Shown one piece after another: positions 28,049-39,757 of a stretch of DNA of 45,934 nucleotides; the stretch's first letter is position 1, and each line of letters begins with the position of its first letter. A program made the position numbers and the translations under genes. The notes under the pieces are model-generated. The model was not told the DNA's origin, did not search any database, and saw only the letters and a program-made list of their open reading frames with translations. This DNA is from Chromera velia (lineage: Eukaryota), in assembly GCA_018398765.1 (NCBI GenBank), contig JAHBMJ010000490.1, positions 1 to 45,934 of the forward strand, in the 5' to 3' direction.

Positions 28049-28537
28049 CACAGTACGATTAGGAGTAACGAAAGTAGGACGGTTACGGCCGCTTAGTTAC
28101 CAATTTTGTGGTTACGGTAGTACTGTTCCAATCGTAGTGGTAGTAGCTAAAAACAGGCAGATTTGGCCACATTCTGAGTCAAACTTAACATATAAAACCA
28201 ATTTAGACTAGTAAAAATAGTATTTTTAGCATTTATTAAAAGTTCATTCTAGTAAAATTCAATGTTCATCATTTTATGACTGAACTCTAACAATGTATAG
28301 CATGAATTATTTGAGTATAGTCATTTCAGGGCTTTAAACTGCTAATGAGTTAAGTGGTCAAGCTTTAAAATATAGGTCTAGCAACTATTTTTACCAGAGT
28401 TTTTCCTTGAACTACCATGGTAGTGGTACTGGTGGTATACGCCTTCAAGTCCGCCAGTTACCATCTCATGGTTACGAAACTAACGGTAACTTGCTACTGG
28501 CTAAAAAAGGCTGGTAGTAACTCTTAACCGTACTGTG
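28049..28537. mobile_element. Non-autonomous TIR element (489 bp) with CACAG termini and TA on both flanks
   Basis: Left end CACAGTACGATTAGGAGTAAC vs reverse complement of right end CACAGTACGGTTAAGAGTTAC (18/21); subterminal GGTAGT/GGTTAC motifs. Confidence 0.75.
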
Positions 28538-28633
28538 TAAAAAAAAGAAAGAAAGAAAAAAAGAAAGAAAGAAAGAAAGAAAGAAAGAAATAAAGAATAA
28601 ATAAATAAATAAAGAAAGAAAGAAAGAAAGAAA
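28538..28633. repeat. (GAAA)n microsatellite, left part
   Basis: Directly visible. Confidence 0.95.
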
Positions 28634-30894
28634 TAGGGCTTGGAAAAGGTGCACCTCAGAAAAAGTGTAAACCAAGAAGCTGCACCAGATGCACCTGTTT
28701 TGCACCAGATGCATCTGATGCACCTGTTTTACACCTGATTGAATTGGGTGAAAAGTGTCAGCATCATGGCTATTTAACACGCCGTGGCCCCGCCCCCACG
28801 GCTCCCCGCGGCCCATGTATGCAAGCGTGTTGCCGGGCCACAGTACGTGTAGAACAAGGCCTATTAGCCGATTTTAAAATAAAAATTGGCTAAATACAGG
28901 GCCGGTCATTGAATGTGCAAGTATGCGTGCTCTCGGATTCCAAAGCTGCTTTCTGCATCAAATCAAATCTACATATGTTGACTTCTTCTCTTTGCAGCAT
29001 GAGAACTGTTTTATTGGCTACTCTATATGACATAAACGACTGTGCACATATAGCAACGAGAAGCCTAAGAAAACAAAAGGATCAGAACAACAGGTTTAAG
29101 TCAAGAAGCTGAGCCAGCAGACTGAGTCCGTTTGCATGTACAATGCCAAACGGTTTGCCGGCTAGTTTGCCGGGAGGAAAACAGCTTTGCCCACCTTTAG
29201 TAGCAATCTAAAGATGAATGCCAATGCACTAGGCCAATGCAGTGCTGTACAGAGATTCTTTTCAATATGAAGAAGAGAAGCAAAAACGGCACATACATCT
29301 ATGGGAACATGCATACATGAAGGTACGTTGACACTCTCCCTCTCAGTTACAAGTAAAGACTTTTAAAACCTGGTACGTGTCGTGTGCTCTTTTCGATTGG
29401 CGGGTTCGATCTATTTTGGTCAGTAAGAGTGAAATTAGCTTGATCATTCAGTTTGGTGCTTTGCATTAGAGAGTGGAACCATTTTGATGGTCGATTCGCC
29501 ACTTCCGTCTGCTGATGGTTTGATGTCAAGTTTGCATGCTCACATACAGATCTGTATCTGTATTATCTGACTTTCTGTCATACCACGGCTTGACACAATG
29601 TTGTTGCGTTTGGTACTTTCAGAGGGTTTGAAGTCTGTCTGTGGAGTGAAGTACAGCTTTCCTAGGGGCGTTTACACCTTTGTTCGCGTGCTGTTAGTTA
29701 TATCCTGTATACTGGTCACTACAGTGAATCATTTTTCACTGCTCGGGCTGGAGAGGGCCTGCAGAGCTACAAGCTTCCCGAGCGGAACGATTTGATTCGT
29801 TTCCACTCGGGTGGCGATTATCGCTGGGTCGGGATGACGGGACGCGCTCTAGTGGACAGCTTCTTTTCCTAGCTACCAGGGTGGGCAGTACATTAGGTTG
29901 GTGTGGAGGGAGTTGGAGAGTCTGGGGATTGACAAAGAAACGGGACAGCCCCCTGTTGACCAAAGCAAAAGCCGGCAAAAGCTATCGCGAAACCAAAAGA
30001 CAAAGCCAAAGCCTCCTTTCCATCCGCCCGCATCAGACCCGAGGAATTTCTGGGAAGAAAGACGACATACTGAAGTCGGTTTTCAAGTGGGACTTCAAGT
30101 GGGAGAAAGTCTGTGAGAGGTCTGCTCTCTCTTCTTCTTCTTCTTCTTTTTCTTGCTTTTCTTCCTGTTCTTTGTCCTCTGTTATCGGTTTGGGGTGGGG
30201 TGGGGGGGTAAGTGAAGAGGATAGCCAGGTTATGACGGGGTTGGGCTCTGACCCTTTGAGATCAGACCCTCGCTTACATGTACATACCCTTGCTCAGAGA
30301 AGAAATGCAAATCAAGATCAAAAATTGCTTTTATTTCATTCTTTCTTCTTTTTCTTTCTCATGAAACCACACCATTTGTCGTTGCTTTCTTTATGAGTTT
30401 GCTCCAAAAGGGCATGCATACAGTTTGAAGGTTTTATGGACCGTAGGGACAGAACTGGACTATGGTGCAGCACGCAAACGGTGCCAAACATATTCAAATA
30501 CTGTAAATCCATGCAAGAAAAACATTGGACAGGTCAAAACGTTGCTTAAACTGGCCCATAAAGAGATGAAGTCATGAGACAATTGGAGGCATAATCTTTA
30601 ATTGGAGTAAAAAACTAGGTAAAAAACTTTTTTTTACCTGTCGTCGCCTTTTTGCTTACATTTTAGGCTGTTTTACATAATAAAAGTTTATGTAGCTAAT
30701 CTATGTTATAAAAAGCTCTTAGGCCTTGAATGAGGCACCTTTTGGCCGCTAGAAACACTAGAAATTAGCCCTAGAAAGCTAGTTTTTATAAGGTAAACGG
30801 TGCACCTTATTTTGCATCTGTTTTGCACCTGATTTAAGGTGTAAACTTATTTTTGCACCAGCACCAGCACCTTATGCACCTTTTCTCAGCCTTA
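28634..30894. mobile_element. Degenerate 2.26-kb hAT-like TIR element inserted in a (GAAA)n tract
   Basis: TIR TAGGGCTTGGAAAAGGTGCA vs TAAGGCTGAGAAAAGGTGCA (17/20); GAAAGAAA on both flanks; clustered subterminal TGCACC motifs at both ends; no intact transposase. Confidence 0.75.
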
Positions 30895-31091
30895 GAAAGA
30901 AAGAAAGAAAGAAAGAAAGAAAAAAAGAACGAAAGAAAGAAAGAAAAAAGAAAGAAAAAAGAAAGAAAAAAAGAAAGAAAAAAAGAAAGAAAGAAAGAAA
31001 GAAAGAAAGAAAAAAAGAAAGAATAAAGAAAGAAAGAAAGAAAAAAAAAAAAAAAAGAAAGAAAGAAGAAAGAAAGAAAGAAAGAAAGAAA
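30895..31091. repeat. (GAAA)n microsatellite, right part
   Basis: Directly visible. Confidence 0.95.
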
Positions 31092-31540
31092 GGCCAGGGA
31101 GCTTCACTCTGATATAGTCTAGGTTGTTTTACGCTCTTTGACCTTCATATCTAAGATGATATCTTGTTCTAGCGCTCCTTCTGGCCTCCGAATCATTTTT
31201 TTAAGGTAAACGTCCGGTGGTAGAAAAGCGAAAACGGCGCTGGAGCTAGTGCTAGAGGTGGGCAAAAACAAGAGCCTAGCCTCAGGTTGGCTTTGTGCTC
31301 ACCTAAGTCATCCAGCGATCCACTTCTCCAAAAAGAAGAAAACCTCCGGAGTATGTCATCTGTCTAACCGCGCCACCCGTTTTTTGTACTTGGCACTAGA
31401 CTAGGCACGCGTGTGCACTGACTCTAACGCTCACTGTTTAATTGTGCAGTCCAACTGTCGGTCGGCAAGAAACTCTTTTGAATGGTCACTGTTCCCTCTT
31501 AAAAAAATTACTCCGAAACAAACAGCGGTGCTCAAAAAAG

Positions 31541-32454
31541 ACGCACAGAGAGGGCAACTGAATTCACGCCACACATCTCAAACGCACAGAGAGGGCAACT
31601 GAATTAATTCACGGCACATATCTCAAACGCACAGAGAGGGCAACTGAATTCACGGCACTCATCTCAGACGCACAGAGAGGGCAACTGATTTCACGGCACA
31701 GATCTCAGACGCACAGAGAGGGCAACTGATTTCACGGCACACATCTCAAACGCACAGAGAGGGCAACTGAATTCTCGGCACACATCTCACACGCACAGAG
31801 AGGGCAACTGAATTCACGGCACTCATCTCAGACGCACAGAGAGGGCAACTCATTTCACGGCACATATATCAAACGCAGAGAGAGAGGGCAACTGAATTCT
31901 CGGCACACATCTCACACGCACAGAGAGGGCAACTGAATTCACGGCACATATCTCAAACGCACAGAGAGGGCAACTGAAGTCACGGCACACATCTCAGACG
32001 CACAGAGAGGGCAACTGAATTCTCGGCACAGATCTCAGACGCACAGAGAGAGCAACTGAACTCACGGCACATATCTCAAACGCACAGAGAGGGTAACTGA
32101 ATTCACGGCACACACTCCACACGCACAGAGAGGGCAACTGAAGTCACGGCACACATCTCAGACGTATAAAGAGGGCAACTGAACTCACGGCACATAACTC
32201 AAACGCACAGAGAGGGCGACTGAGTTCTCGGCACATATCTCAGACGCACAGAGAGGGTAACTGAATTCACGCCACACATCTCAAACGCACAGAGAGGGCA
32301 ACTGAATTCACGGAACATATCTCAGACGCACAGAGAGGGCAACTGAATTCACGGCACACATCTCAAACGCACAGAGAAGGCAACTAAATTCACGGCACTC
32401 ATCTCAGACACACAGAGAGGGCAACTGATTTCACGGCACACACTCCACACGCAG
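31541..32454. repeat. 41-bp minisatellite, ~22 copies (GCACAGAGAGGGCAACTGAATTCACGGCACACATCTCARAC)
   Basis: Period 41 (e.g. 31629, 31670, 31711); one more partial unit at ~32892-32923. Confidence 0.97.
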
Positions 32455-32531
32455 GGAGAAACTTGTGTGAGGTGGGGAGACAGAGTGTCCAGTAGGGAAT
32501 CTCCTTGTCTCCCAGGAGCACACACACGCAT

Positions 32532-32605
<74 letters not shown>

Positions 32606-32873
32606 ATACAAACTCGTACTCAGGGAACTCAGATGTCGCTGCCCGTCTATGACAACACCAGGAATTCACTGGCGGGTTGTCTTTGTGGGGAGACTGTCGA
32701 GTGTTGAATACTTAAACAGAGCGAACAGGCGATGGAAAAAACTAAACAGCACAAAGAGGATTCCTGAAACGAGAAACTCTTAAACGGAAACGTTCGAACA
32801 ACCAGATACAGGATTTTCTGGAGGTGTGCACGTCGCAGCCCTTTCTGTAAGACACCAGGCGTTCACTGGCAGG

Positions 32874-33484
32874 TCATACAGATGGGGAGACGGCAACTGA
32901 ATTCACGGCACACATCTCAGACGCTGACAAAGACTGACCGTGTGCCATGTCTTTCCAGTAGTCCCTCTCATAACAGACAAATAATTCATCCCCCTTTTTC
33001 ACGTCTTTCAACAACTTCAGGTAGATTGTGCTATCATCTTTCACGTACACCAGACGAGCATTCAGTCTGGGATTCCCCTGAGACACATGGTTTGCAAATT
33101 GGGCTGCTCCTCTACCGATCGCTTGCCTTGGGTCAGATACACCCAAGATCCCCCTCCCCCCTCTGCCAGGCTTCGCCGCATAAAAGTGCCTTTCTTCAAG
33201 CGTCAGAGAGTCCGCCTCGTCCTCAGTCAGCCACTCACCTTCAAACTGAATACCATCTCTTGCAGCAATCAGACCACGCCCTGCCTTATGGAGAGAGCTT
33301 TTCGCAACGACACAACCATTTCCCAATGTCGCAATCTCAGGCCTTGGGTCTCTTCTTCTTGTAGATCGATTATAAGACATTGATTCCTTTGTGGCCTTGA
33401 AGAGCTTTTCAAAGGAGACGGGTTCAAGCAATCAAATTTTCCGAGGTCGGACCAAGGCAAGGAAGTCGTCTACGCAGAGACTAC
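32874..33484 (-). pseudogene. SET-domain lysine methyltransferase, probably pseudogenised
   Basis: SET motifs KSSLHKAGRGLIAARD, FEGE, AQFANH...NARL, LKDVKKGDELFVCY..DYW; in-frame TGA just upstream (RPRKI*LLEP); the segment normally between AARD and YxGE appears shortened. Confidence 0.8.
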
Positions 33485-33675
33485 CTGCATGGTGAACCAT
33501 ACAATCGAGCAACTTGTCTTAGACTACACGAATGCGTGTCATCCGAACCGGCCATCGATCGACGGGGTGGACGAGAGATGATGAGATCATCATTGAAGAA
33601 AGCAACTTAGAGGCTTGTATAGACGGGAACCTCAATTTATGGCGGCGCCGATGGCCAGCTGGGTCTCTGATATAT

Positions 33676-34016
33676 AAGCCCTGGCCCTTGAATTGTGACC
33701 ATTCAACCATCCTTTGCATTGACTGATCTATATGGATGAATCTGTATGGTTTTCTTTTTCATTTTTCAATTCTTTTTTTTTTGTAAAAAAAAAAATGGCC
33801 AGCTCCAGGTGTGGGGCCCTATCTGAAAGCGGTGTAAGCGCTCTCATCGCGCGCACGCGCGTCGATGACAGACGTGCGACAATGGCGTAAAATATAAGAG
33901 CAAAGGGTGGCATAGTGTTTGTCTATGTGCGAGTTAGTGGGTGTCGGCAGGTGTTTGTCTGTAGGTACGTTAAGGTGGTATACGCCCATTTGGTCACAAT
34001 TCAAGGGTCAGGGCAT
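33676..34016 (+). mobile_element. MITE family A, copy 1 (341 bp)
   Basis: 24-bp TIR GCCCTGGCCCTTGAATTGTGACCA ... TGGTCACAATTCAAGGGTCAGGGC; near-identical copy at 35004. Confidence 0.9.
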
Positions 34017-34183
34017 CGTGAGCTGTGTGACTTTGATTTCTTTTTGTTCTTGAATAAACGTCTTTGCCGTCTTTGCCGTCTCTGCAGGTTACTTGGAACG
34101 ACTGACTCTCTCTCTGGGCGGCGTTTCTCGGAAAGTTGGTCTTCTTCGATTTGAACCTTTTTTTGCCCCCCCCCTCCCCTTCT

Positions 34184-34209
34184 CTGTGTGTGTACGTGTG
34201 TGTGTGTAT

Positions 34210-34258
<49 letters not shown>

Positions 34259-34299
34259 TGTGTATGTGTGTGTGTGTGTCTGTATGTGTGTGTGTGTGT

Positions 34300-34339
<40 letters not shown>

Positions 34340-34440
34340 ATGGATGGATGGATGAGTAGTTGGGTGGGTGGGTAGGTAGGTCACTGAGTGTAAGGGTACA
34401 CGCAGGCTAGTTCAGAGGTTGGGTGTACAGAGCTAGCAGG

Positions 34441-34480
<40 letters not shown>
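34184..34480. repeat. (TG)n and (GA)n microsatellites
   Basis: Directly visible. Confidence 0.93.
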
Positions 34481-34484
<4 letters not shown>

Positions 34485-35003
34485 AGGTGGGAGAGGGAGA
34501 AAGAGTATAGAGAGATGGCGTATACGTTTCAGTAAGAGAAAAGGAAGGAGAAAGGATCGAGGTAAGTAGGTAAGAAAGAGTGAGACAGGCCTTTCATAGG
34601 AGCAGAGAGTATGTATGGCAGGAGAAGTGTAACTGAATAGACGAATGACTGTCAGTGAATGAAAGAGCAGAGAGGTGCGGTAGGCAGGATATGGTAGAAA
34701 AGAATGATGAAAGATAAACAAAACAGATGAGTGTACACTGTACGGGGGGGCTTGGCAATCGGTTGGTAGAAAGTGAAGTGTAGGGGCACATTCAGTCAGA
34801 CAGTGTGCTCGATGGTAGAAAGCTTATGATAGAAGAGCGAAAGAGAGAGAGAAGGGAAGAAGGCAGGCAGGGAGAGAACATAAGTGGATCAGTTACTTGG
34901 TAGGTCGGTTGGGTGGCCTTTTCCTTCCGTTCGCGTATTCTGTTAGTCAGAAAGAAAAAGAAGTCATTTCAAGAAAAACGCGTTTTTATGGTTTGACTCT
35001 ACG

Positions 35004-35332
35004 AAGCCCTGGCCCTTGAATTGTGACCATTCAACCATCCTTTGCATCGACTGATCTATATGGATGAATCTGTATGGTTTTCTTTTTCATTTTTCAATTC
35101 TTTTTTTTTTGTAAAAAAAAAAAATGGCCAGCTCCAGGTGGGGCCCTATCTGAAAGCGGTGTAAGCGCTCTCATCGCGCGCACGTGCGTCGATGACAGAC
35201 ATGCGACAATGGCGCAAAATATAAGAGCAAAGGATGGCGGTGGCATAGTGTTTGTCTGTGTGCGAGTTAGTGGTCTGTAGGTACGTTAAGGTGGTATATG
35301 CCTATTTGGTCACAATTCAAGGGCCAGGGCAT
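35004..35332 (+). mobile_element. MITE family A, copy 2 (329 bp), same orientation as copy 1
   Basis: Perfect 24-bp TIR; small indels relative to copy 1. Confidence 0.9.
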
Positions 35333-35451
35333 ATATCCACCTGCAATGACTCTTTTATCGTTATAGCGGCAACACTGATCGCGGCGGCCGGTCGAGACGC
35401 TCAGATCCGCTTGTATCTTGGCCCATACACTGAAAAAATTTAATTTTACGG

Positions 35452-35685
35452 AACTTCCCTGAACCTAAGTGTCACTTAAAAAAATATAATCAAGATGATC
35501 ACTATCTGCGTTATCGTTTTTCAAGAGACCGTCCACGCCTGCGGCGTAGACAGTCAAGACACCGTCCAGATATGTGGCTTTGGCTTTCAAGACACCGTAA
35601 ATGATCCACGCCTGCGGCGTGAACTTTCAAGCTTATCCAAAAATGCGGCTTAAACTTTTAAATGGTAGTTAGGTTCAGGGAGGTC
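35452..35685 (+). mobile_element. MITE family B, copy 1 (234 bp), 8-bp TSD TTTTACGG
   Basis: TIR AACTTCCCTGAACCTAA / TTAGGTTCAGGGAGGTC; TSD at 35444-35451 and 35686-35693. Confidence 0.93.
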
Positions 35686-38592
35686 TTTTACGGCTTTGAA
35701 TAGATTGAAATTCCACTTATTATACACTAAAAATGTCGTAGTTTTCGTCATATTATAAATCATATGCACTTCAAATTAAATTATTTCAATATGTTTTTTA
35801 TATTTTATTCAAGTCTTTTGGGCCACTTGCTGCCAGTCAGTGCTAGATTTGCTGAGTCTTTCTCAGAGTGATTGAGAATCAGATTGATTGAAATAATGTT
35901 ACATGACTTCCATTCGTTTGCAACCAACAATAAAACGCAAACGATGCGCAATGGAGACTCCACACGCGCATTTCTCCATTCGCACCAGTGCTGCTTCGTT
36001 TCTTTTCTTTGTTCTGCATGCAGGCATGCATGTGGAAGAAAAATAATCCTCCCCCCACGCACGTTCCTCGTGGCCGCTCCTTCTGTCGCCGTATGCCGCG
36101 TCCGAAAACGCAGTCGACCACACGAGCAGGCAAGTGAGAGAGAGGAATGGACGAACGAAAACGAAAAGAAAAGAAGGAAAGGAAAGCAACAGACCGAGTG
36201 CAATCCAGAGAAGAAGAAGTCAGACAGATACCCGTGATGAAAACAATGAAACGTTCTTCTTTTTTCTTCAACAGAACAAGTCCAAATAAATCGCTTTGCG
36301 CACTTGACAGGCAAACAGCAAAAGCAAAACAAATAGTCAAGCCAGCAGATCGATTCTTCACCTCTGCACCAACGAGACTGTCTACTCGTGACTGGACTGA
36401 AGCCCTGTTTTGTCTCTTAATTCCGCTTGTCTCTGATGTTCACCTGTTCGTCCCCCATTGAGTGAGCACACGAGGGAAGAAAATCAAAGAAAGCAATGAG
36501 ACGCCGTCAACACACCTTTAGATACAAAGCCGTGGGAAACGAAAAAAGCATATTCATTCATTTAAAACCAAACGGTCGATAAGCCCTCTCAAGATAACGA
36601 AATCAAAGAAACAAACAAACAAACAAGGCAGCGAAGAGACAGAGGCCACCCCTCCCTCCCTTCCACCAGGAGCTGCTTTGAGAGAGAGAGAAGAGAAAAG
36701 AAAAAAGGAAGAGCCAGAGAGAACGCAGGCAGCCCTCGATGAATGGACACGAGGTGATTGCGGTGGCTGCTTTTCTTTTTTGTTCTTTCTTCTGTTCTTT
36801 CCCTCTGTCTGTCAGGTGCTTCCTCTCTCTGAAACGGGACTTTCTTTCTTTTCTCCGCAGCTGCAGACAGACCCGACAGACTTCAGAGGGAAGCGACAAT
36901 GACAAGCTCCCGGCTGGCTGCTCCTCTGTCTCTCTCTCACGATGGAGACGGTTCAGAAGGAGGGCAGCAGCCTCACTGAGTTACATGTTATGCCTGCCAC
37001 CCTTCTCTCTCACGTCTTCCTTTCCCCTTCGCCTCCCTTCCACCTCGTTCTCTTCCCTTCATTCTTCTGTGTACCAAATCCCGAAACAGAATAACCGGAA
37101 CCGCCGGAGGCAATAATGAGTCAACGAAAAAAAAAGCAAAACAACGAAGAAAATTAAGAAAGACGAAACCTTAAACCGAACACAAATCATAGATCCATGC
37201 ACGCACACGGTCTTGCTAGTGAGAAGGGAGGAAGGAAGAAACACAGACGAGACGAACCGAGACGAATGGATTATTTAGTGAACGACTGTGTGTGTGTGGA
37301 GTCTGCTGCAACGCATTGCAAGCAGTGTTGGTTAATTGGGTAGGGGGGACAAAGGAGGGATGGATCCATCATACTGTATTGCTCTGTACGTTGCAGCTCT
37401 TCATGCCGGTTTTCGTTTTTTCTTGTGTCATTCTGCTTGTGCTTCATCAAATAAATGAAGAGAAGAGTCCGCAGGAGCTTTCCTTGCTTCTTTGGCGTTG
37501 GTTGTTTACAGGAGGGGAAGGGCGGAGGGGCTGGCTGGGGGGAAAGAAAGTCGGAAGCATGTCTCGCTGTCTTGACTTGATTCGAGCAAACACTCAGTCA
37601 TTCATTGATGCAGTCATTCATTCATTGACTTAGTTCGTTATTTCTTGTCCAAGATGCACTCACACACACAGTGGTTGCTTGAGTGCGCAGACGCCATGCA
37701 CAGGTAGAGACAGACCAACCGACAGGCTTTTCTTCCTCCAGCAGGCGCAGTGTTTTTCCTTCATTTTCCTTCTGCCTGTCTGTTTTTCTCAGTCTGTCTG
37801 TCTCTCTGACATTCTCTCTCTCTCGCGACCCATCTGATGATCGTTCGGATTCTTTTCCCTTCGTTTCTTCCTCCTTCGTTTCTTCAAAGAGAGGAATGGA
37901 AACACATGCACGCATGCGCATTCACGTCATGGCACGCATTAAACCAAAGCGATAGATAGATAGATAGGATCTTTCTGAGTGACCTCACATCCTTCCTGCC
38001 TTCTGGTCTTCTACCGTCGTGTTCCTCTCTCTGAAACGTTTTCTTTCTTTTTCATGAATGAACTCTATCTTTCTCTTTCTGATTGACCTTGCAAATATGC
38101 CACTGACTGTTCTAGTGACAAAGGAAGAGGGGGCTAAGCGAAAAGAAAGAAAAGAAGAAAGACGTCAACAGACAACCACCACAGCGTCCATCCATGGAGG
38201 AAAGAAGGAAGGTCGCTCCCTCTCTCTCTCTCCCCTTTCCTTTCTCTTTCTTCTCTGATACCGCAAGAGTCATCATCATTCCAGTCGAGCAGCTCCCTCA
38301 TGCATCCACATCCACGGTGTTATTCAGTTGGCTGCACGAAGGACGGACAGGAAACAGGACGGGATATAAAAAGCAACACTCGAACGAAGGAGACGAACGG
38401 AGAAAGAGAGAAGGGGAAAAACGCACGAACTGAGGAACAAAGAGGAGAACCAATAAAGATAGGAGGTTTGAAAGAACATAAAGATAGGAGAGGAGCGGTG
38501 ATCAAAACGAAAAAAGACGGAAAACACACGGGGAGAAAAGAAGAGAGTCTGGAGCTTCATCTTTTGGGACACTGGGTGTTGATTTTCAAAAT

Positions 38593-38904
38593 TCAGTTTC
38601 GGTGTTGCGTCTTTGTTGTGGCTGCAGAAGACTGACAGTTCGGAAAGAGAAGCTGGTTGCTTCCCGAGGATCCACTTCCGCTGTTCTGCTGCTGGCTTGC
38701 CTCCTGCTTGCTGTCTGCGACTTTGACATCGAAGGAGCTGGAGGTAGTAGGGGAAGGGTTAGAGTTCTCCCTCTCAGGGTTGAACTCCTTGAAGATCACA
38801 TCCTGCTCGATGACAAATTGCTGGTATTCCTGCTGGTAGAGTTTGGCCTGCTCAAGGAGATCCTGAGCGGGGGTGGAGTTGCTAGTGTTGGTGGGGAGGG
38901 ACAT
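38593..38904 (-). CDS. Small hypothetical protein (103 aa), MSLPTNTSNSTPAQDLLEQAKLYQQEYQQF...
   Basis: Protein-like helical segment with purine-rich AAAGATG start context; GCATGCATGC motif ~350 bp upstream; long UTR-like sequence downstream. Confidence 0.5.
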   Translation of the reverse strand: MSLPTNTSNSTPAQDLLEQAKLYQQEYQQFVIEQDVIFKEFNPERENSNPSPTTSSSFDVKVADSKQEASQQQNSGSGSSGSNQLLFPNCQSSAATTKTQHRN

Positions 38905-39757
38905 CTTTCTTTTCTTTTTTCTAAATAGATTGAAGTGTTGAGGTGCTTTGCTCCAGCTGGAGAAAGGAGAGTGCAGAAAAAGGTTAGATCGGCCTTCGTA
39001 GCGGTCGAAAAGAGATTGGAGCGTTGAAGCTGGAGCAAAGCTGTAGCGATAATCAAGTAGCAAGTGGCGAAGAAAAGATCGTGAGTGAGTGGGGTGGTCA
39101 TGAGCTACGAAGTGTTAAAGAAAGGTTTTCTGACAGTCACACAGAGAAGGCGGAAAGAAATATAGCGAGACCACCTCACTAACCGTTGTGGCCCCGGAAA
39201 CTTCAAATATACCGTGGCTCTTTCCAAAATAACTGGCGACCCCGGGGACGTTCGCATGCATGCTCGCAACCGGCCGAGTAAGTGCCCCCGCCCCGGCGAG
39301 GGAGCGAAACAACTATAGAGTATAGCTTGCCCCAATAATCTCCGCCCTCCGTGGGGCTGTATACGTATGAATATATATTTATATATATTAAAATACGTAT
39401 ATATCGATCGAGAAATCTTAACTGTTCGATATGAATCGAGTGACCTGTTCGATTTCATCCCGAGGGTCAGAATACATAGCTATCAGTCATCCTCTGAACA
39501 TCATTTGATGATTAAATGGACCCTTTTCTCCGTTGAATAAACTTTCTGGGCTGGTTTCTATGTATTCGTTAAGCGTCAACTAGCGTCAACTTAGTAGTGT
39601 TGTTTAAACGTCAGTTGGCTCAATATGGCCGCCTCTGAACAGCTTTCCAATATTAAAGGGGGACATTTTCTGAAGCCGACAGAACAACATGACAAAGGAT
39701 GCACCTTTGACTTAGATCCAAATATGTTTCCTGCAACTCGGTACAACTCGGTCGAAG

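Noticed and set aside
31541..32454. CRISPR array
   Set aside because: Units are contiguous with no unique spacers, there are no cas genes, and the context is eukaryotic
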